A stretch of 60,473 bases of DNA, the filler included. It is 3 parts of 3 records of this genome, joined end to end, with 100 filler letters (N's around TTAATTAATTAA, not from the genome) between each part and the next. Parts side by side here need not be neighbours in the genome. Positions count along the whole stretch, not along the records: positions 1 to 20,742 come from DRR723986_1725; 2 more parts are not named here. One strand, written 5' to 3'. Both the position numbers and the translations under genes were made by a program. The notes under the pieces were generated by a model. The model made no database searches and was not told the origin of the DNA. It saw only the letters and a list, made by a program, of their open reading frames with translations. Shown here in pieces: positions 10,407 to 17,891 of the stretch (position 1 is its first letter; each line of letters opens with the position of its first letter).

Positions 10407-11501
10407 ATGATTGCGATTGCAGAAGGTGTGAAGAACGAACAGATGCTTCCGGCCAAATTGCAGAGATTGCGACAGAACAGGGCCCTTATCCGATGGTGGC
10501 TCTACTTCGTTTGTGCGCTGATCCTGGCCATGGTCGTCGTCGGCGGAGCGACACGTCTGACCGAATCCGGGCTGTCAATCACCGAGTGGAAACCCATCCA
10601 CGGCGTCATTCCCCCGCTCAGCGAAGCGGAGTGGGAAGAGGAGCTGGAGAAATATCGCCAGATTCCGGAATATCAGCTCATCAACAAAGGCATGAGCCTT
10701 GACGAGTTCAAGTTCATCTTCTGGTGGGAGTGGGCGCACCGGCTGCTGGGGCGTTTCATTGGTGTTGCGTTTTTTGTTCCCATGGTGGCGTTCTGGGCAA
10801 CCGGCAGGATAGAGCCCTGGCTGAAGCCGAGATTGCTTGTCGGCCTGGCACTTGGCGGTTTGCAGGGCTTTGTCGGCTGGTGGATGGTGGCATCCGGTCT
10901 GGTGGACAGGGTGGATGTCAGTCAGTACCGGCTGGCCACACACCTGACGCTCGCACTTTTCATTTTTGCCTATCTTTTCTGGATTGCCCGGCGGCTCAGT
11001 CCCTTGCCCGAACCCGAAATTCAGGAGCAGGAGCGGCTCGCAGGGCTGGGCAAACTGGTTCTTTCCCTTGTCTTTGTTCAGATGTTCCTGGGAGGTCTCG
11101 TTGCGGGGCTGAACGCCGGCTTGACCTTCAACACATGGCCACTCATGGATGGCCAGTTCATTCCGCGCGGCATGCTTGCCATCCAGCCTATCTGGCTGAA
11201 TTTCTTTGAAAACGTGATGACGGTTCAATTCCAGCATCGCATGACGGCCTACGTGCTGGTGTTCACCGGTGTGGCGCTGGCCTGGAGTACCTTCCGCGTG
11301 AGCCGGCGCAAGGAGCTGCGCCGGGCAGGCGCCCATGTTGGGGGCTTCCTGTTGCTGCAGGCGATCTTCGGCATCCTGACGTTGCTGTGGCACGTGCCGC
11401 TGTCCATCGCTCTGGTGCATCAGGGCTTCGCGGTTATCGTCCTGGCGGCTGCGGTAGACTATGTGGCCATGCTGAAAGGGCCTTTCGCCATTCGCAGCTA
11501 G
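10407..11501 (+). CDS. ctaA: Heme A synthase (COX15/CtaA)
   Basis: GGATRLTESGLSITEW, EWAHRLLGR, VSQYRLATHL and QFQHR motifs. Confidence 0.96.
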   Translation: MIAIAEGVKNEQMLPAKLQRLRQNRALIRWWLYFVCALILAMVVVGGATRLTESGLSITEWKPIHGVIPPLSEAEWEEELEKYRQIPEYQLINKGMSLDEFKFIFWWEWAHRLLGRFIGVAFFVPMVAFWATGRIEPWLKPRLLVGLALGGLQGFVGWWMVASGLVDRVDVSQYRLATHLTLALFIFAYLFWIARRLSPLPEPEIQEQERLAGLGKLVLSLVFVQMFLGGLVAGLNAGLTFNTWPLMDGQFIPRGMLAIQPIWLNFFENVMTVQFQHRMTAYVLVFTGVALAWSTFRVSRRKELRRAGAHVGGFLLLQAIFGILTLLWHVPLSIALVHQGFAVIVLAAAVDYVAMLKGPFAIRS

Positions 11502-11629
11502 GCTCCGGAAATCTCAACTGTTGGGGAAACGGGCAGCCGCGTGGAAGCACTTCGCTCCGAACGCTGCGGCTCTCCGAGCCAGGATTTCCGCTGTGCTTAC
11601 AGCCTCGGGACCCGAACGGGAGTACAGGC

Positions 11630-11657
11630 AAAAAAGCCCGCCAATCGGCGGGCTTTT
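11630..11657. terminator. Bidirectional intrinsic terminator between convergent ctaA and metY
   Basis: AAAAAAGCCCGCC-AATC-GGCGGGCTTTT hairpin with A/T tracts on both sides. Confidence 0.85.
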
Positions 11658-11678
11658 CGTTTGTTCAGCTGGTGCCTC

Positions 11679-12959
11679 TTAGCCGGAAAGGGCCTGATCG
11701 AGATCGGCGATGATGTCATCGACATCTTCCAGCCCGACCGAAATACGCACCACATCCGGGCCCGCACCAGCCGCGGTCTTCTGTTCATCCGAAAGCTGGC
11801 GGTGTGTGGTGGACGCGGGATGGATGATCAGACTGCGCGTGTCACCGATGTTGGCCAGGTGCGAGAACAGTTCCACCTTGCTCACCAGGGCGACACCTGT
11901 GTCATAACCGCCCTCAACGCCGAAGGTGAACACGGCACCGGCGCCTTTTGGCATGTACTTCTGTTGCAGGGCGTGGTGCTTGTCTTCCGGCAGGGCTGCG
12001 TAGGACACCCATTTGACCTTGTCGTGGGCAGCGAGGTGAAGCGCGACTTTCTTGGCATTGTCCGAATGACGCTGCATGCGCAGCGGCAGGGTTTCGATGC
12101 CGGTCAGGATCATGAAAGCGTTGAAGGGCGAGATGGCCGGTCCGAGGTCGCGCAGACCAAGCACACGGCAGGCAATCGCAAAGGCGAAGTTGCCGAAGGT
12201 CTCGTGCAGGACGATACCCTGGTATTCCGGCCGGGGCTGGGACAGCAGCGGATAGTTGCCGCTGGCAGACCAGTCAAAGCTGCCGCCGTCGACGATGATG
12301 CCACCCATGGAATTGCCGTGACCGCCCATGAATTTGGTCAGCGAGTGCAGAACGATATCAGCACCGTGTTCGATCGGCCGGCACAGGTATGGCGTTGCCA
12401 TGGTGTTATCGACCACCAGCGGCACACCCTTTGCCTTTGCAATTGCCGCAATCGCCTCGATGTCGACAACGATTCCGCCGGGATTGGCCAGGCTCTCGAT
12501 GAAGATCGCGCGTGTGCGGTCGTCAATCGCCGCTTCGAAGGACGACATGTCCGCAGGGTCGGCCCACTTCACGCCCCAACCGAAGCTCTTGAAGGAGTGG
12601 TTCAGCTGGTTGATGGAACCGCCATAGAGCTTGTTTGCGGCCACGATGTTGTCGCCGGGCTGCATCAAGGTATGGAAGCACAGAAGCTGAGCCGAATGAC
12701 CGGAAGCTGTCGCAAGTGCGGCGGTACCGCCTTCAAGCGCCGCAACGCGCTCCTCCAGAACAGCCGTCGTCGGATTGGTGATGCGTGTGTAAATGTTGCC
12801 GAAGGCCTGCAGCCCGAACAGGGAAGCGGCGTGATCGACATCGTCGAAAACGAACGAGGTCGTCTGGTAAATCGGTGTCGCCCGCGCGCCTGTCGAAGGA
12901 TCCGGCGCTGCGCCAGCGTGAATCGCGAGAGTGGAAAAACCTGGAATATTTTCGCTCAT
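11679..12959 (-). CDS. metY: O-acetylhomoserine aminocarboxypropyltransferase (sulfhydrylase)
   Basis: PIYQTTSF, YTRITNPT, PLP lysine motif HSLTKF, HLANIGD and HPASTTHRQL. Confidence 0.93.
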   Translation of the reverse strand: MSENIPGFSTLAIHAGAAPDPSTGARATPIYQTTSFVFDDVDHAASLFGLQAFGNIYTRITNPTTAVLEERVAALEGGTAALATASGHSAQLLCFHTLMQPGDNIVAANKLYGGSINQLNHSFKSFGWGVKWADPADMSSFEAAIDDRTRAIFIESLANPGGIVVDIEAIAAIAKAKGVPLVVDNTMATPYLCRPIEHGADIVLHSLTKFMGGHGNSMGGIIVDGGSFDWSASGNYPLLSQPRPEYQGIVLHETFGNFAFAIACRVLGLRDLGPAISPFNAFMILTGIETLPLRMQRHSDNAKKVALHLAAHDKVKWVSYAALPEDKHHALQQKYMPKGAGAVFTFGVEGGYDTGVALVSKVELFSHLANIGDTRSLIIHPASTTHRQLSDEQKTAAGAGPDVVRISVGLEDVDDIIADLDQALSG

Positions 12960-12988
12960 TAAAAGACCTCCCTGTTGGATTGGCGGCC

Positions 12989-13017
12989 AGTTTGACCGAA
13001 GGAGCAGGGCAGGTCAA
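12989..13017 (-). promoter_or_regulatory. Putative sigma70 promoter of metY
   Basis: Minus strand TTGACC-17 nt-CAAACT about 30 nt upstream of the ATG; GGGAGG ribosome-binding site follows. Confidence 0.45.
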
Positions 13018-13118
13018 AGAACGATTTTGCGGTTTTGTGATCTAAAGGAAATTATGTATGTCAAAGCGTTAGGCAGGATTGGTGGCCTTTGCCTCCTGCC
13101 AGGGTGAGGCATGTCTGC

Positions 13119-13244
13119 CTATTGGTCGGAAGGGTCCTTCCGGTTCTCCAGCTTCACACCGAAATAGACACCAAAAAGCAGTGCCGCCGCCAGCAGTGGC
13201 AGGCTCCATGCCAGAAATGTCGTATCTCCGAAGACTGCAAACAC
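13119..13244 (-). CDS. 41-aa single-pass membrane microprotein (absent from ORF track)
   Basis: GTG start after GGAGGAAGG; MFAVFGDTTFLAWSLPLLAAALLFGVYFGVKLENRKDPSDQ*. Confidence 0.65.
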   Translation of the reverse strand: MFAVFGDTTFLAWSLPLLAAALLFGVYFGVKLENRKDPSDQ

Positions 13245-13379
13245 AGCGGCCTTCCTCCCGGTTTGAAAACTTGGATGCGAGGCAAAAGGTTAACGATCTC
13301 TTATGGAGAAAGTGGAAAGAAATTCATCGGCATTCGGAGCAAATTGAGCGAAAGCTCTTATAAATTGAACTTAAAATTG

Positions 13380-13523
13380 TCAGCTTTTGTCGGTTGCGTC
13401 ATCTTTCGTGCGCCTGGTTGCGCGCGGGCCGTTTGCAGATGGTTTCTGCAGATGAATCAGTACCGCGATACAGACGACGAACGCGACAGTCGCGAGCGCG
13501 AATATCATTAGTATTGCCCCCAT
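13380..13523 (-). CDS. 47-aa single-pass membrane microprotein (absent from ORF track)
   Basis: MGAILMIFALATVAFVVCIAVLIHLQKPSANGPRATRRTKDDATDKS*: hydrophobic N-terminus and charged tail; no clear RBS. Confidence 0.5.
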   Translation of the reverse strand: MGAILMIFALATVAFVVCIAVLIHLQKPSANGPRATRRTKDDATDKS

Positions 13524-13642
13524 GTATCTGTCGTCAAAGGCGCAATTTCGCCTGAACGCAGATCAAAACCCCATCCCTGAAGTCTCGAAGTATAGCAGAA
13601 ACACGCAGGGGTAGAAGTGGGGGTGTATACATTGATTTCGGT

Positions 13643-13828
13643 TCAGCCGCCCTTCTGTTCCCGCTCGCCGGACTGTGCCTGCTCTCGCGCCCAGGTCTCG
13701 TCACGGTGGGCGAAGGGGGATCCGTGTTCGGCCTTGTGCACGAATGCGAACAGCAGCAAGGCAACCAGAGCTGCCATAGCCATGAGAACCCATTCAAATG
13801 CGGTAAACAGGGTCGGGTCCTGGGTCAT
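13643..13828 (-). CDS. 61-aa single-pass membrane microprotein
   Basis: GAGG upstream of the ATG; TM segment WVLMAMAALVALLLFAFV followed by a charged tail. Confidence 0.55.
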   Translation of the reverse strand: MTQDPTLFTAFEWVLMAMAALVALLLFAFVHKAEHGSPFAHRDETWAREQAQSGEREQKGG

Positions 13829-13932
13829 GCTGCCTCACGCTACTGATGGCATCCGGTTGGCTTCCGGACGGCGGTATCTCGACTAACGAGCTATCCGGCG
13901 AGCATTGTGCGAAGCTGATGCAATGGGGAAAA

Positions 13933-14463
13933 TTAGCTGTCTTTTTCCCCAGAAAGCCCGCGATGCTGAAACCCTGCTTTCAGAGCAGGGCGCTTGGAGG
14001 AAAGCGTGCGCGAGTTGACACCTGCCCATCCGATTTCACCTGACAGCCGACCATACTCTATCTTGGGGCAGCGGTTCATCACCATCTTGATACCGGCAGC
14101 TTCGGCTCTTGCTGCTGCTTCGTCGTGGCGCACGGTCAATTGCATCCAGATGACCTTGGGCAACTTGCCGCTGGCAATAACGTCGTCGACGATTACGCCT
14201 GCCGCTTCGGAATTGCGAAAGATGTCGATCATGTCGGGAACCGCAGGCAATTCGTCGAGCGAGGAATAGACCTTCTGTCCCAGGATCTCCTTGCCTGCCT
14301 GACCGGGATTGATGGGCCAGACCTCGTATCCCTTGGACAAAAGGTATTTCAGCACGAAATAGGACGGCCGGACATTGTTGGCACTCGCGCCGATCATGGC
14401 GACGGTTTTCACCTCGTCGAGAATACCCTTGATGTAGGCGTCCGGATAAGTGTCGTGATTCAT
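13933..14463 (-). CDS. CoA-binding protein (YccU-like)
   Basis: VAMIGAS, PINPG, DMIDIFRNSE, WMQL and MNRCPKIEY motifs. Confidence 0.92.
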   Translation of the reverse strand: MNHDTYPDAYIKGILDEVKTVAMIGASANNVRPSYFVLKYLLSKGYEVWPINPGQAGKEILGQKVYSSLDELPAVPDMIDIFRNSEAAGVIVDDVIASGKLPKVIWMQLTVRHDEAAARAEAAGIKMVMNRCPKIEYGRLSGEIGWAGVNSRTLSSKRPALKAGFQHRGLSGEKDS

Positions 14464-14646
14464 GGAATGGAGATCCTCAGATTTGTCGCGCTATCCAATG
14501 CGAAATGACACCTGCCTGCAAGGGGCCTTCTGCCGCAGACCGGTCCGCCTCGAAGAATTGTGAAACTGCGCAGGGGCGGTCAGGCGCGATAAGCGGCTCA
14601 CCGGTAAACGGGAGAGGCTAAACAGGCATACGGAAGGCGGCGTTTT

Positions 14647-15519
14647 ATGAGTGAGTTGAAAAAGCGGTTCCAAAAGGTGCTGGAAACGATCGACCGGTCG
14701 CTGGACGGTCCGCTTGATGTTCCTGCGCTTGCGGGGGTGGCCGCCTATTCGAAGTTTCACTTTCAGCGCCAGTTCTCGGCCTTCTTTGGCCTCGGAGTTG
14801 CAGAATACCGGCGGCTCCTGAAGCTGAAACGCGCAGGACAGCAGCTCGCTTTCAGGGTGGAGCTGCCGGTCACTGAGATTGCCTACGATGCGGGCTACGA
14901 AAATCTCGAGAGCTTCTCACGTGCGTTCAAACGAGATTTTGGGCAAAGCCCGTCGGCTTTCCGATCAACGCCCGACTGGTCTGTCTGGCACAGAACCTAT
15001 GACCCATTGCTGAATTTGAAAGGACAGTTCATGTCGGATCAGCACCTTGATGTCTCGGCCGTCCGGATCATCGATTTTCCTGAAACACCCGTCGCCCTGC
15101 TTGAGCATCGCGGGTCACCGCAAGAGGTGCCCGCATCCGTCAGACGCTTCATTGCCTGGCGCAAGGCAAATGCAAGCCCTCCCTCCAGAAGCGCGACGTT
15201 CAACATACTCTTTGACGATCCCAGAACGGCGCTGCCTGAAGAATACCGGTTCGGCATTTGCTGCGCTGTAGCAGGACAGTTCAAAGAGAATACGGAGGGC
15301 GTGGTAGCCGCAACGTTGCCCGCAGGACGCTGCGCCGTAATCAGGCATTCCGGTCCGCTCGACTTGGCTGAGGAAACAATCCGCGCCCTTTATCGCGAGT
15401 GGCTGCCACGAAGTGGCGAGGAGCTGAGGGACTTTCCGCTGTTCGTTCAACGCCTCAGCTTCTTTCCGGATGTTCCGGAGCATGAAGCGCAAACCGATAT
15501 CTTCCTGCCGCTGAAATAA
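14647..15519 (+). CDS. AraC-family regulator with a C-terminal GyrI-like (YgiV-like) ligand-binding domain
   Basis: SKFHFQRQF and GYENLESFSRAFKRDFGQSPSAFR double HTH; GRCAVIRHSG and TDIFLPLK GyrI-like domain. Confidence 0.92.
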   Translation: MSELKKRFQKVLETIDRSLDGPLDVPALAGVAAYSKFHFQRQFSAFFGLGVAEYRRLLKLKRAGQQLAFRVELPVTEIAYDAGYENLESFSRAFKRDFGQSPSAFRSTPDWSVWHRTYDPLLNLKGQFMSDQHLDVSAVRIIDFPETPVALLEHRGSPQEVPASVRRFIAWRKANASPPSRSATFNILFDDPRTALPEEYRFGICCAVAGQFKENTEGVVAATLPAGRCAVIRHSGPLDLAEETIRALYREWLPRSGEELRDFPLFVQRLSFFPDVPEHEAQTDIFLPLK

Positions 15520-15561
15520 TATGGAACCGCAGGGGTAATACGGTGAGTTGACAGGAGACAC

Positions 15562-15996
15562 TCAGGCCAGCTTTGCCGCCTGTTCTTTCCTGAATTCCTT
15601 GCGGATCATCAGTTTCAAACCGGACCAGGTGTCGTCAACGGCACAAACCTTTACGTCCACAAGCCCCATCGGCAGGCAAAGCTCGCGGATGGTGTCTTCG
15701 GTGACGTCGGTCGGTAGCTTGCTGGCCTTCTTGGGCCAGGAAACCCAGATCATGCCGTCCGGGGCCAGCAGGACCCGCAAGGTTTCCAGTAGTCCAGTCA
15801 GCTCAACCCGTTCGGTGACAAACACATGAGCGCATTCAATACCCGGTTCCGGCGCGGCACGAATGACCGCGCCAGGGACCTGTGTCTGCAGCAAGGCGGA
15901 AATGTCTTCCGGCATCCGATGACGCCAGCAGATCATTCCCGGTTTCAGCCCCAATTTTGCGGACAGCGGACGTCCGGAATAACCGGCTTCAGGCAT
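15562..15996 (-). CDS. DUF3052-family protein
   Basis: GYSGRPLSAKLGLK, WVSWPKKAS and GLVDVKVCAVDDTWSGLK motifs. Confidence 0.85.
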   Translation of the reverse strand: MPEAGYSGRPLSAKLGLKPGMICWRHRMPEDISALLQTQVPGAVIRAAPEPGIECAHVFVTERVELTGLLETLRVLLAPDGMIWVSWPKKASKLPTDVTEDTIRELCLPMGLVDVKVCAVDDTWSGLKLMIRKEFRKEQAAKLA

Positions 15997-16031
15997 GTCT
16001 TATCCTTGTTGCCCCCAAACGGCAGGGCGGA

Positions 16032-16853
16032 TCAGCTGTCCGTCCATTCTGGTTTGCGTTTTTGCAGAAAGGCGTTGATGCCTTCTTCCGCATCCCGGGC
16101 CATCATGTTCTCGACCATTGTTTGTGCCGCGAAATCATAGGCTTCCGACAACGGCATTTCCAGCTGACGGTAAAAGGCTTCCTTGCCGATCTTCACGGTC
16201 TTGGCAGACTTGGAGGCGATCGATTCCGCGTATTTCTGGACGACCTGCTCCAGGTAGTCACGCGGGACGATGCGGTTGATAAGGCCGAAATCCTTCGCGG
16301 TGGATGCGTCGATGCTTTCACCGGTCAGAAGCATCTCCATGGCCTGTTTAGGCGCAACATTGCGCGAGAGCGCAACCATTGGTGTGGAGCAGAAGAGGCC
16401 GATATTGACACCTGGCGTGCAGAAGGTGGCCGTGTCGGTAGCGATGGCAAGGTCGCAGGAGGCAACCAGTTGGCAACCGGCTGCGGTCGCAACACCTGTT
16501 ACCACGGCGATCACAGGCTTGGGCAGGCGCACAATCTGCTGCATCAGGTCCGAACACTGGCGCATGATCCGCTCGTAGGTGGCTTTCCCGCCGTCCGCTT
16601 CACCGCGCGCAGCGGTTAGTTCCTTCAGGTCGTGGCCAGCGCAGAAGACCTTGCCTTCTGCACCGAGCAGGACAACACGCACTGCAGGATCCTCGGCCGC
16701 CTTCTGAAGTTCACCGGCTAGAGCAGTCATCATCTCGCTCGAAAGAGCGTTCATCCGCTCCGGCCGCTGCATCACGATCCGGTAAACACCTTCATGAAGA
16801 AGCGTTGCGAGCATCGGTTTCTGGATCTCGTCATTTGCGGCGGTTTCAGACAT
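16032..16853 (-). CDS. Enoyl-CoA hydratase/isomerase (crotonase)
   Basis: FCAGHDLKE, ATAAGCQLVASCDLA and TPGVNIGLFCSTP motifs. Confidence 0.93.
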   Translation of the reverse strand: MSETAANDEIQKPMLATLLHEGVYRIVMQRPERMNALSSEMMTALAGELQKAAEDPAVRVVLLGAEGKVFCAGHDLKELTAARGEADGGKATYERIMRQCSDLMQQIVRLPKPVIAVVTGVATAAGCQLVASCDLAIATDTATFCTPGVNIGLFCSTPMVALSRNVAPKQAMEMLLTGESIDASTAKDFGLINRIVPRDYLEQVVQKYAESIASKSAKTVKIGKEAFYRQLEMPLSEAYDFAAQTMVENMMARDAEEGINAFLQKRKPEWTDS

Positions 16854-17012
16854 GGAACGCTCCCTCAAGATTTGCTTTGCCGATGTTATAGCCGACGCGG
16901 GCAGGGCGGCGAAAGTGTCCGATCGGCTGGTGGCTGTCGCCGATCACAGATGGTTTATCTGACGAGGCGTCAAGTCGCTGGCGGTTCTTTCGGTTTCGGT
17001 TATCCTTTCGGC

Positions 17013-17837
17013 ATGTGGAGGCTTTCCGAAGTCCGCTCACTTGCAGGTGCAGTCGCCTTGCTGCTGGCACCTCTCGGTCCCGCGCTTGCGCAGGAACAGG
17101 TCGATGTCGCTCTGGTCCTTGCTGTCGATGTCTCCCGCTCCATGTCTCCTGAAGAACTCCAGATCCAGCGCCGCGGATATGCTGCCGCCATCGCCAGCCC
17201 GGAAGTGGTGCGGGCGATCGGGTACGGGGCTCACGGCCGGATCGCTCTCATGATGTTCGAATGGGCCAACGAAAGCCATGCGCGCGAAATTGTCGGATGG
17301 TCGGTGATCGAGGGCGTGGAAGATGCTCAGGAGTTCGCCGACAAGGTTCTGGCGGACAGCACCTACGGTCAGCGCCGAACCTCGATTTCCGGCGCAATCT
17401 GGCATGCTTCGGCTCTCCTCGCCGATGCACCTTTCAAGGCAGACCGCCGCGTGATCGACATTTCAGGGGATGGTCCCAACAACCAGGGAGCACCTGTCGT
17501 TCAGGCACGCGATGCCGCCGTGGAGGCCGGTCTGGTGATCAATGGATTGCCGCTGATGACTACTGGTGGCATGGGCTTCCAGTTCAACATTCCGGACCTG
17601 GACGTCTATTATCAGCGCTGCGTGATCGGCGGGCCCGCCAGCTTCGTCATACCGGTGAACGACTGGGAACAGTTTCCCGAAGCCGTTCGTCGCAAGCTGA
17701 TCCTCGAGATCGGCGGCGTCAAGCCGCCCGAGCCACAAGTCATCCCGGCCCAATTCACCTTCGAAGAGCCATATGACTGTCTCGTGGGAGAAAAGATCTG
17801 GCGGCGTATGCGTGAGCAGTATTTCTGGGATCAGTAG
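17013..17837 (+). CDS. DUF1194 (vWA-fold) exported protein; start may be 16950
   Basis: Signal peptide ending ALA-Q; MIDAS-like LAVDVSRS; VIDISGDGPNN; RRKLILEI. Confidence 0.88.
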   Translation: MWRLSEVRSLAGAVALLLAPLGPALAQEQVDVALVLAVDVSRSMSPEELQIQRRGYAAAIASPEVVRAIGYGAHGRIALMMFEWANESHAREIVGWSVIEGVEDAQEFADKVLADSTYGQRRTSISGAIWHASALLADAPFKADRRVIDISGDGPNNQGAPVVQARDAAVEAGLVINGLPLMTTGGMGFQFNIPDLDVYYQRCVIGGPASFVIPVNDWEQFPEAVRRKLILEIGGVKPPEPQVIPAQFTFEEPYDCLVGEKIWRRMREQYFWDQ

Positions 17838-17891
17838 CGGCAGAGCAAATCTGCCGCCCGTTCATGCTTGCTAGCCGAAGGAACGACACCG

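Noticed and set aside
11541..12962. 473-aa plus-strand ORF
   Set aside because: Antisense shadow of metY caused by codon bias; no recognisable motifs.
12960..13070. SAM riboswitch or methionine-regulator box upstream of metY; inverted repeat TTTGACC-N14-GGTCAAA
   Set aside because: No SAM-II or SAM-SAH core could be matched by eye; the repeat coincides with a plausible -35/-10 pair, and the AT-rich box is only a weak palindrome. An Rfam scan would settle it.
13079..13511. Plus-strand ORFs of 94 and 140 aa
   Set aside because: Weak TTG starts and no motifs; the minus-strand microprotein ORFs explain the region better.
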